DNA of 64,000 nt from a virus: positions 1-64,000 of the IMG/VR virus record IMGVR_UViG_3300020312_000068; one strand, given 5' to 3'. Every line of letters starts with the position of its first letter. The first letter of the stretch is position 1. The position numbers were made by a program, and so were the translations under genes. The notes under the pieces were generated by a model. It made no database searches, had not been told where the DNA came from, and was given only the letters and a program-made list of their open reading frames with translations. Positions 20,482 to 27,694 of this stretch are shown here, one piece after another.

Positions 20482-21340
20482 GTGTGAAGAGCACTTATGG
20501 GGATGGGAGGAGAATTCCTTTCATGCCTGTATCACTGACCCACCATACGGTATGGGCATGGAAGAGTGGGATCATAGTGTCCCAACAGTAGAAATATGGC
20601 AAGAAGTATACAGGACACTAAAACCTGGAGCATTCTTGTTATCATTCTGCTCACCACAGTTGTATCATCGTATGGCATGTGCGGTAGAGGACGCAGGATT
20701 TGAGATTAAAGATCAGATCATGTGGATGACCACTACTAAGATGCCTAAAGTAAACAGATTGAAACCAGCACATGAACCTATTGTTGTGGCACAGAAACCC
20801 ACAGAGGGTAGTCTCAAAGATAACTTTGAGAAATATGGAGTGGGTTACATTAACACTGTGGATACGAGGATACCATGGGATAAGGATCCACCGAAGGGGT
20901 GGGTCGCTCAAGGTGGAAAACGTAGAACCTTTGGTAAGGAGGGTAATACGAAAGGTGGTGGAGCTAAGTATGGTACTGTAGATGCTAATCCTGACGGTAG
21001 ATACCCATCTAATATCATAGGTGAGGTACAAGAGGAGCACCAGAAGTATTTCTATGCGCCTCGTGCTACTCGTAAAGAGAAGGGAGCAGACAATGACCAT
21101 CCAACAGTTAAACCAGTATCATTGATGGAGTATCTCATCAAGATATACTGTCCACCTAAGGGTATGATATTAGATCCTTTCTGTGGTACAGGCACCACTG
21201 GTGTCGCTGCTCTACCCACTGAACGTAGTTTCTTGGGTATTGAGATGAATCCACATTATGCTGATATCGCAGAGCGACGGTGTGCGGATGCTGAACTGCC
21301 CACTGAGTTCTGGCAAGCACCTGTAGATGAGGTACAATAG
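20459..21340 (+). CDS. DNA amino-methyltransferase, beta class (N6-adenine/N4-cytosine)
   Basis: ITDPPY, HPTVKP, ILDPFCGTGTTG; ATG 20459 preferred over 20339. Confidence 0.92.
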   Translation: MYFVVSTKCEEHLWGWEENSFHACITDPPYGMGMEEWDHSVPTVEIWQEVYRTLKPGAFLLSFCSPQLYHRMACAVEDAGFEIKDQIMWMTTTKMPKVNRLKPAHEPIVVAQKPTEGSLKDNFEKYGVGYINTVDTRIPWDKDPPKGWVAQGGKRRTFGKEGNTKGGGAKYGTVDANPDGRYPSNIIGEVQEEHQKYFYAPRATRKEKGADNDHPTVKPVSLMEYLIKIYCPPKGMILDPFCGTGTTGVAALPTERSFLGIEMNPHYADIAERRCADAELPTEFWQAPVDEVQ

Positions 21341-21509
21341 GCACATGATTAAATCAAACATGGACGATCCAGTCTATTTCACTAAGACTGAGGTCAAATT
21401 CCTTAAGTTCTGCCTATCGCAGAGCATGGAGTGGGTCTACCACTCAGATAGGGTACAACAGCAAGCTATCATTGCTAAACTGGATCACCTATCGGAGGCA
21501 CAAGATTAA
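21327..21509 (+). CDS. Hypothetical protein
   Basis: ORF track; start uncertain. Confidence 0.55.
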   Translation: MRYNRHMIKSNMDDPVYFTKTEVKFLKFCLSQSMEWVYHSDRVQQQAIIAKLDHLSEAQD

Positions 21510-21569
21510 TATGTTGAGGATGATGAAACTATTATTTGTAATTTCTGGAGTTTGGTTCTTACACTGGTT

Positions 21570-22019
21570 ATGTCTCATTCCATTTTCTATTCAGGCCATC
21601 ATCAGCAGAAGCGCATCACAGATGCCTTCATTGACTGGTTTGTCCACAAATATATCGGTAAACGGTATAAACTGGACTTCCATGTTGTAACCAAGGGATT
21701 AGTCAAAGAGAATCTCTATGGTGAGATGGGAGTACTGGACAGTTTATCCAGACCGAGACTATTTGAAATAGTAATCCGCTACAACTTGAGTAAGTGGGAT
21801 TACCTAGTCACACTGGCACATGAAATGATACACTGTAAGCAACGTGTATACAAGGAGTATGTGACCAGATATAATAGAAACTATTGGTACAAGTCATTTG
21901 TACCTGACTCTGTTCCGTATCTTGATGAACCATGGGAGGTTGAGGCACGGAAGTGGGAGTATTACTTAGCACATGAGTCCATAAGACAAGGGATAATTAC
22001 CACAGTGACACCTGAATAA
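21570..22019 (+). CDS. HEXXH zinc-metallopeptidase-like protein
   Basis: TLAHEMIHCKQ ... EPWEVEA. Confidence 0.75.
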   Translation: MSHSIFYSGHHQQKRITDAFIDWFVHKYIGKRYKLDFHVVTKGLVKENLYGEMGVLDSLSRPRLFEIVIRYNLSKWDYLVTLAHEMIHCKQRVYKEYVTRYNRNYWYKSFVPDSVPYLDEPWEVEARKWEYYLAHESIRQGIITTVTPE

Positions 22020-22062
22020 GTGTCCACAATACCATGATTCCTCGTTAGTTTGCCCTTATAAT
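22005..22062 (+). promoter_or_regulatory. Palindrome plus -10 promoter cassette
   Basis: GTGACAC-CTGAATAA-GTGTCCAC; TATAAT at 22057. Confidence 0.85.
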
Positions 22063-22084
22063 AGGGACACTAACGAGGTTTTTA

Positions 22085-23311
22085 ATGCTTTCATTACGTC
22101 CACATCAAGTAAGGACAATCAACAGTATGAGAACTGTTGATAAGGGTACAATATACATTCCTACTGGTGGTGGTAAGACAAGGTGTATGATTGAGGATCT
22201 AAAGTTCAGACTCAGTGGTGCTACAGATAAGATCACAGTTGTGGTCGCACCACGTATCATGCTTGCTCTACAATTAGCAAATGAGTTTGACACAGCATTA
22301 AATGAGGAGCGTTACGTTATTGGTCATGTACACAGTGGTGAGACTGATGACTGGTGCTCTACAGATACAGATGAGATACGCAATTTCTTAGAGGGAGCGA
22401 TCTCATTTGGTAACAATCCCATCATATTCTCTACATATCATTCACTTCACAAGTTGGTTGAGGCAGGTGTGTATGCTGATCATGTATACTATGATGAAGC
22501 ACACAATAGTACTCAGCGTAATTTCTTCCCAACTGTAGCATCATTCAAGACTACACACGCATATTATTTCACTGCTACACCAAAGAATAGTTCTAAGCAC
22601 GCACGTGGTATGAACAATGAGGATGTGTATGGACAGAATATCATCACAGTTGATGCTAATGAGTTACTAGACTGTGGAGCGATCATCCCACCAACAGTAC
22701 AAGTACATACTATTGACACTGTTCGCACTAAGAAAGAGATAGCAAACATTGATGCTACCACTGTTATACGTGTTGTTGATAATGGTGACGCAGAGAAGGT
22801 GCTCGTTGCTGCCCCATCAGCACGTATCATCAACAGAATGATAGCACATACTGATCTATTCATGGAGTTAAAAGCACGTGGATACACAGTATTACGCATC
22901 ACATCTAAGCATGGAGCATTTATTGATGCTAAGAAGGTGAATAGAAAGGAGTTCTTCAAGCAGTTACACATCATGGGTGCGGATAAGAATGCTAAATTCA
23001 TCCTCTTCCACTATTCTATACTCTCTGAGGGTATCAATGTTGCGGGACTAACTAATGTAATCCTGCTACGTAACCTAGGTGTGGTTGAAATGGCGCAGAC
23101 TATTGGTCGTGTGATCCGCTTAGATAAGGAGGATTCACAGAATATAAATGATGGCACACTTAAACCACGTGCTTATCAGAACTATATCAAACCAACTGGA
23201 ATTGTATCTGTACCAGTGTATACTAACCACAATAAGAACACTGCTACAAGAGTACAAAGAACAGTTAATACTATCTTCAATGAGGGTAAACCAGCAACAG
23301 CATGGATATAA
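22085..23311 (+). CDS. Superfamily 2 (DEAH) helicase, Res-subunit-like
   Basis: LRPHQ, PTGGGKT, DEAH, TATP, LSEGI, QTIGRVIR. Confidence 0.9.
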   Translation: MLSLRPHQVRTINSMRTVDKGTIYIPTGGGKTRCMIEDLKFRLSGATDKITVVVAPRIMLALQLANEFDTALNEERYVIGHVHSGETDDWCSTDTDEIRNFLEGAISFGNNPIIFSTYHSLHKLVEAGVYADHVYYDEAHNSTQRNFFPTVASFKTTHAYYFTATPKNSSKHARGMNNEDVYGQNIITVDANELLDCGAIIPPTVQVHTIDTVRTKKEIANIDATTVIRVVDNGDAEKVLVAAPSARIINRMIAHTDLFMELKARGYTVLRITSKHGAFIDAKKVNRKEFFKQLHIMGADKNAKFILFHYSILSEGINVAGLTNVILLRNLGVVEMAQTIGRVIRLDKEDSQNINDGTLKPRAYQNYIKPTGIVSVPVYTNHNKNTATRVQRTVNTIFNEGKPATAWI

Positions 23312-23342
23312 CCCTTAGAGACGCTTCTAGAGGTCACACAGA

Positions 23343-23924
23343 ATGATTAATACCATGTTCTCAATACCATTAATTCACTACAATGTGGATAGATGGTTGT
23401 ATAAAAGAAATAAACTACTCGATCTCATTCCCCACGATGATATGACGCTAGGGGATGAGACTGTAGTATCAAATTATCAAGGTGCTAACAATCAGTGCGC
23501 GTTGATACAAACTATACTAGAGGATGAGATTAAACTATTCAACAGACAGTTGAACTGTAACGCACAAATAGTAAGAGCATGGTTTGAACAAGCAGATAAT
23601 AGTATGTTTCATCCACCCCATACACATGGTCATGGAGGATGGAGCGCAGTATTATTCTTAGACTATAATCCTGAGCACCATACACCCACCATATTCATCA
23701 GTCCATTCAATCATTTCATTGATGGATCGCAATTACAATACAGACCAGAGTGTAAGGAGGGAGATCTTATACTATTTCCTAGTATGCTATTACATTACAC
23801 ACTACCTAACACATCAAATGTGCGTAGAACAGTGTGTTCATTCAATCTAACAGTGGATATGGATAATATCCCACTCGCATGGACACCTGAGATAGTGTCC
23901 ACTGATCCACCACAAGCATCCTAA
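23343..23924 (+). CDS. 2OG-Fe(II) oxygenase (TIGR02466-like)
   Basis: HPPHTHG..WSAVLF, EGDLILFPSMLLHYT.PN....RTVCSFN. Confidence 0.85.
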   Translation: MINTMFSIPLIHYNVDRWLYKRNKLLDLIPHDDMTLGDETVVSNYQGANNQCALIQTILEDEIKLFNRQLNCNAQIVRAWFEQADNSMFHPPHTHGHGGWSAVLFLDYNPEHHTPTIFISPFNHFIDGSQLQYRPECKEGDLILFPSMLLHYTLPNTSNVRRTVCSFNLTVDMDNIPLAWTPEIVSTDPPQAS

Positions 23925-23936
23925 AAGCGTTATAAT
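23880..23936 (+). promoter_or_regulatory. Palindrome plus -10 promoter cassette
   Basis: TGGACAC-CTGAGATA-GTGTCCAC; TATAAT at 23931. Confidence 0.85.
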
Positions 23937-24026
23937 ACATGTATGGAAGGCAAGGGTGACGGATACCACACCAGAACACGTCTTTAAATCGAACCTCTTC
24001 CATACCTATTCACTTGCTATTATCCA

Positions 24027-24158
24027 ATGAGCATCGTTAACCCAACAGTTCACCCATCATTTGTGTTCTACGCATTCAGATCATGCCAGAACGGTAATGA
24101 CATCCTACAGCGTATTGATGATTTGATTCTTGACAATGTATTTGTTGGTGCTAGATAA
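24027..24158 (+). CDS. 43-aa hypothetical protein (MSIVNPTVHPSFVFYAFRSCQNGNDIL..)
   Basis: Translated by hand; follows the structured leader. Confidence 0.6.
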   Translation: MSIVNPTVHPSFVFYAFRSCQNGNDILQRIDDLILDNVFVGAR

Positions 24159-24177
24159 CAGTAATCACTGAGGTTAA

Positions 24178-24420
24178 ATGCCCAGACAATATCCTTTCTC
24201 AAGAGGAGATTATGTTCAAGTAGATGGGGAGGAGGGATACATTAATTGTATCTCTCCCCATTACTTTACTCTCACTACGCACCAGTGGGAAGCGCCTGGT
24301 ACTCTACACGGAGTAAGACAAGTCAATGTACTTATCTTCAGGCATCTTTGGCCTAACATCATTTTCATTTCTAAACATCATGTGGATTCCGATGAACACG
24401 ATTCAGATCAAGGCATGTGA
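24178..24420 (+). CDS. Hypothetical SH3-like small protein
   Basis: F.RGDYVQVDGEEGYI pattern; GAGG upstream. Confidence 0.65.
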   Translation: MPRQYPFSRGDYVQVDGEEGYINCISPHYFTLTTHQWEAPGTLHGVRQVNVLIFRHLWPNIIFISKHHVDSDEHDSDQGM

Positions 24421-24589
24421 CCAAGAGGTACACGTCGCCATAGAAAAGAAGAGAAGAGGATATTATTGGAGTTATGAACATCTAAACAAGTTCTATGGTC
24501 CATTCAAGGGCAAAGAAGATTGTTTAACTGATGCTCGCACGTATAGCAGGTATGGTACTACAAATAAACAACTCATTTCATCAACCTAG
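24392..24589 (+). CDS. Hypothetical protein (..YYWSY..FYGPF..)
   Basis: ORF track 24326-24589; later ATG preferred. Confidence 0.55.
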   Translation: MNTIQIKACDQEVHVAIEKKRRGYYWSYEHLNKFYGPFKGKEDCLTDARTYSRYGTTNKQLISST

Positions 24590-25145
24590 TGATGTAGAAA
24601 GAAGACTGTTAGTAATAGATCGTTTCAAGGATATAATACTACAGGAGTTCTTACCACTAACACTGGAGTTCAAAGACCTATCAACTTACCAAGATGATTA
24701 CATTAACAGTAATGGTCAAGGGTATACGATAGGTCTTGAACAGTATGAAAAAGCAAAAGAACAAGACAGTGGATGGGCAATAGCACCATTATGGTATGAT
24801 GATTATGAGTATACACGTAACAGTATGCTCATGCCCAAGACAACTAAACTATTGAAGTGGATAGGACATACAACGTATGCTGGCATAACAGCATTACATC
24901 CTGATCATGGACTAGACTGGCACCATGATGATGATCCATTTCCTAACAAGTTACAGATGAGAGTATTCTATACTCTAAAGACATGCGGAGGATCATACAT
25001 TGAGGTAGAGGAGACAGAGAAGAGGATTAAGAAGAGGTACTTCAAAGAACAAGAATACATCATATTTCATAGTAAGAAGAGACACAGAGTATGGAACGAA
25101 GGTATTCTACCAAGGTATTCTCTTGTAATTGACGTTTTGAAATAA
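24552..25145 (+). CDS. Asp/Asn beta-hydroxylase-like 2OG-Fe(II) oxygenase
   Basis: W..APLW, L.P...L.WHHD, F.S...HRVWNEG..PR.SLVIDV. Confidence 0.75.
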   Translation: MVLQINNSFHQPSDVERRLLVIDRFKDIILQEFLPLTLEFKDLSTYQDDYINSNGQGYTIGLEQYEKAKEQDSGWAIAPLWYDDYEYTRNSMLMPKTTKLLKWIGHTTYAGITALHPDHGLDWHHDDDPFPNKLQMRVFYTLKTCGGSYIEVEETEKRIKKRYFKEQEYIIFHSKKRHRVWNEGILPRYSLVIDVLK

Positions 25146-25296
25146 ATGTTTAATTAAATGTGTATGGGCGTAGATACTCTTGGATAGTATCCTGAGAATA
25201 AAGGGTGCTTATTGAGAATAAATCAGCGGAAATGCTAGTAAACATGCGGTGTCGTTGTGGTCTAAGGCCGTCGCCTACCAAAAGTCAAGCAGCCTT

Positions 25297-25354
25297 GTGA
25301 TACTTTTTAAAGTGTCCACCTTTTGCCCAAAACTGAGACTTTTGGCCTTATAAT
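25297..25354 (+). promoter_or_regulatory. Palindrome plus -10 promoter cassette
   Basis: GTGATAC-TTTTTAAA-GTGTCCAC; TATAAT at 25349. Confidence 0.8.
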
Positions 25355-25382
25355 TAGTTTATAGTCAATCAGAGAGTTTCCA

Positions 25383-25676
25383 ATGGCAACGGCCAAAAGT
25401 GGCACAAAACCGAGAAAGCGCAGAGTTTCACCAAAAAAGGTGAAAGATGTGACTTTTGACGTTTCTGAGATTTCTACAGCTATTAACATAATAGCCATAA
25501 AAGATCAGAAAGTGTGTATAACCTTCCAAGGTCAAGAAAAGGAGTATGTTTACAACTATTCTGACAACTTGGCAGCTTTTGTGAAAGAGTTAGAAAAGTT
25601 CACAAAAGAGCAACATCTATCATTAGGGAAATACTTTAACGGTTTAGTTAAAGACGGCAAACTCACTCAGAGCTGA
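25383..25676 (+). CDS. KTSC-like domain protein with K/R-rich N-tail
   Basis: STAI..I...V.ITF....EYVY ... SLGKYFN. Confidence 0.65.
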   Translation: MATAKSGTKPRKRRVSPKKVKDVTFDVSEISTAINIIAIKDQKVCITFQGQEKEYVYNYSDNLAAFVKELEKFTKEQHLSLGKYFNGLVKDGKLTQS

Positions 25677-25861
25677 TGAAAATGGCTAAAAGCTATAAGA
25701 ACAGGAGAAATCCTGGAAAGCAGTCGTTTGGCCAGAAAAAGAGAGAATACTTTGAAAGTATGGATCTCATGGATTCTGGTTACATTGACAAAATGTCCAA
25801 TAAAACACGTATTCAGGCAAATTGTGACCTAGAATACGACGACCCCAACGATTACGACTAA
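25676..25861 (+). CDS. Hypothetical protein
   Basis: TGATG coupling. Confidence 0.6.
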   Translation: MKMAKSYKNRRNPGKQSFGQKKREYFESMDLMDSGYIDKMSNKTRIQANCDLEYDDPNDYD

Positions 25862-25863
25862 CC

Positions 25864-26046
25864 ATGGACTATAGCACAACCGTCACACACTACCATGCAG
25901 GACTGTTGAGTCCTGATGAATGTGTCAAAATGATACAATTTCTTCTAGACACGGACAAACTCCTGGAATTCCCAGAATTGTTCGAGGTCTCAGATTATTA
26001 TATCATGGAAGGATTGTGCTATTATGTCCCTAGTCCAGTTGAATAA
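25864..26046 (+). CDS. Hypothetical protein (..QFLLDT...YYIMEGLCYYV)
   Basis: ORF track. Confidence 0.65.
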   Translation: MDYSTTVTHYHAGLLSPDECVKMIQFLLDTDKLLEFPELFEVSDYYIMEGLCYYVPSPVE

Positions 26047-26081
26047 TTGACCACAGTCAGCTGGATTTTTTAGATCCAGCG
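25997..26081 (-). promoter_or_regulatory. Hairpin-CAGCTG-palindrome plus -10 cassette firing antisense
   Basis: Minus strand GTGGTCAA-TTATTCAA-CTGGAC, TATAAT at 26002-25997, same spacing as the other copies. Confidence 0.55.
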
Positions 26082-26085
26082 CGAT

Positions 26086-26259
26086 TCAGTCTTCAAATTT
26101 GAGTTCGTGCTCTGCTTCAATGACTGATTCCCAGAGGGAGTCGAATGCGTCATCGTGAGCAGGTGGCAAGTCTAAACCTGCCAACTCGCTGAACACCTCG
26201 CACAGGAGTGCATGCTGTGCTGAGTTGAGTCTGATCGTGAAGAGGTCGTTGATTTCCAT
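26086..26259 (-). CDS. 57-aa acidic protein, probably leaderless (MEINDLFTIRLNSAQHALL..)
   Basis: Translated by hand; ATG 6 nt after the -10 box. Confidence 0.75.
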   Translation of the reverse strand: MEINDLFTIRLNSAQHALLCEVFSELAGLDLPPAHDDAFDSLWESVIEAEHELKFED

Positions 26260-26265
26260 GTCTTA

Positions 26266-26350
26266 ATAATACACGAAAATGGGGACTAGAAAGCAAAAAA
26301 GGGACAGTATCTCAACTGTCCCTAGGCAGCTGGAATTTTTCATTCCAGCG
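26266..26350 (-). promoter_or_regulatory. Hairpin-CAGCTG-palindrome plus -10 cassette
   Basis: GGGACAG-TTGAGATA-CTGTCCC; TATTAT at 26271-26266. Confidence 0.8.
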
Positions 26351-26498
26351 TTGTTATTGTGCCCTCGCTGACGATGATTCCATCTGCATAGTAGGAATCG
26401 AAATACGATTCCAACTCTTCTTGCAGGTGTCTCCATTGTACAGACTCTTCAACAGGCACGGAGATGTCAAAGCAAACTCTGAATTTCTCTACTGACAT
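26340..26498 (-). CDS. 52-aa acidic protein (MSVEKFRVCFDISVPV..)
   Basis: Translated by hand; overlapping chain of ORFs, GAGG upstream. Confidence 0.65.
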   Translation of the reverse strand: MSVEKFRVCFDISVPVEESVQWRHLQEELESYFDSYYADGIIVSEGTITTLE

Positions 26499-26635
26499 AG
26501 ATCCTCAAACCTGCGAAGGATTTCAATTTGAATGTCCTCTTGGGACATCATGGCGAGGTTGCCTGTTTCGGTTGCCTCTTGCATGACATCCTCATAAAGA
26601 CTTTCAAGGATGGATTCGTGATGAAGGGTGCTCAT
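26489..26635 (-). CDS. 48-aa acidic protein (MSTLHHESILESLYED...RFEDLCQ)
   Basis: Translated by hand; ATGA overlap. Confidence 0.75.
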   Translation of the reverse strand: MSTLHHESILESLYEDVMQEATETGNLAMMSQEDIQIEILRRFEDLCQ

Positions 26636-26790
26636 GAATAATCGAAGGGTGAAGGTTCAGTAATTTTCTCAAAGAGGGAATGATATGCAGCGTCCTCTTC
26701 GAGGTGAGGCGGAAGACCTAAATCTTGAATGAAAAGAATTGCATTCACGAGTGCGGTTTCTTCTGCCTCGGTCATTCGTAATTCCCTCAC
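26632..26790 (-). CDS. 52-aa acidic protein, probable paralog of 26086-26259 (GTG 26790 or ATG 26775 start)
   Basis: Translated by hand; L.LPP...D.A..SL.E pattern. Confidence 0.7.
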   Translation of the reverse strand: MRELRMTEAEETALVNAILFIQDLGLPPHLEEDAAYHSLFEKITEPSPFDYS

Positions 26791-27035
26791 GCTGCCACCC
26801 CCTCAGGGTGGCAAAGGTCAACGATGGTTTGCTGAGTCACTTCACGCACTGAGTCCACGTGCTTGAAATACTGATTGATGTGCTTGCTCGTAGTACGAGA
26901 GTAGTACACGTCAGTTTTGAAGTGTCCGAGGTCAAGAGAGAATCCTGCTACGGGTGTCTCATAAGAGAATAGTACAGAAGTACCATTGTTGAATGAGAGT
27001 TCAGTTTGGTTTGCACCGAGTTGTCTTAGGATCAT
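26787..27035 (-). CDS. Phage early protein (LGANQTEL..VLFSYETPVA..YSRTTSKHIN)
   Basis: First gene behind the 27062-27129 cassette. Confidence 0.8.
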   Translation of the reverse strand: MILRQLGANQTELSFNNGTSVLFSYETPVAGFSLDLGHFKTDVYYSRTTSKHINQYFKHVDSVREVTQQTIVDLCHPEGVAA

Positions 27036-27061
27036 TTTAGTCCGATTTGGTTGACTCTTTT

Positions 27062-27129
27062 AATATAGTCCATATGCAGGCAGTGCAGGGGCAAAAGTGG
27101 ACACCTTGTCAACTGTCCACAGGCAGCTG
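27062..27129 (-). promoter_or_regulatory. CAGCTG-palindrome plus -10 cassette
   Basis: GTGGACAG-TTGACAAG-GTGTCCAC; TATATT at 27067-27062. Confidence 0.85.
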
Positions 27130-27132
27130 AGC

Positions 27133-27162
27133 AAAAAAAGAGCACCCCTGAGGGTGCTTTTT
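27133..27162 (-). terminator. Intrinsic terminator, potentially bidirectional
   Basis: A7-G-AGCACCC-CTGA-GGGTGCT-TTTT. Confidence 0.85.
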
Positions 27163-27164
27163 AA

Positions 27165-27473
27165 TTAGAACTTGATTCTGCCGATTACTGGCAAGAGTTC
27201 TTTGGTTAGTGCCTCAAGGTAGAGCAGAGGCAACAGGATCAAACTTAGACCGTCTCTTGGATAATCCTTGAGAGATTTCAAGTTGACCTTTGCGTCTTCG
27301 ATCTTTTTGTATGATCTCTTGACGCTTTCAGAATCTGGAGTGATGACCACTTTTGCAGGTTCTGGTTTTGCAACCGCTTTGCGAGTTCTCGCTTTTGGGG
27401 TTGCTGGTTTCCGTGTCCGTGTCTTACGTGCTGGTTTTGCTGCGGTTGACTTGGAAGCGGTTGAAGTTGGCAT
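27165..27473 (-). CDS. Protein with histone-like K/R/A/T/P-rich N-half and hydrophobic C-end
   Basis: AAKPARKTRTRKPATPKARTRKAVAK; TATAAT at 27505-27500. Confidence 0.7.
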   Translation of the reverse strand: MPTSTASKSTAAKPARKTRTRKPATPKARTRKAVAKPEPAKVVITPDSESVKRSYKKIEDAKVNLKSLKDYPRDGLSLILLPLLYLEALTKELLPVIGRIKF

Positions 27474-27499
27474 GCAGAAGAAATGCATTTGACTCTTGC

Positions 27500-27619
27500 A
27501 TTATAGTCACAACCCGACCCCGTTTAGCAAACCCGTAACATAATGAAACAATAAAACGGCTGACTTTCTGTTTCAATATGTAACGCTTTTGTTGGTTAGG
27601 TCTCATGATCCTTTATTAT
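27500..27619. promoter_or_regulatory. Divergent promoter pair, each with a TGTTTCAWTATGTWAC box 29 nt upstream of its -10
   Basis: Boxes at 27535-27550 (-) and 27569-27584 (+); -10 boxes at 27505-27500 (-) and 27614-27619 (+). Confidence 0.7.
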
Positions 27620-27694
27620 AAGGTCATCGGTGAGGAGGGGTTCGCGGAATGTCCCCTGTTCGACCCTCACCGAGTTTTCTTCACAACTGAATCT

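Noticed and set aside
27627-27673. tRNA gene suggested by GTTCGA
   Set aside because: Only about 47 nt, with no cloverleaf or anticodon arm; no tRNA recognised anywhere in the window
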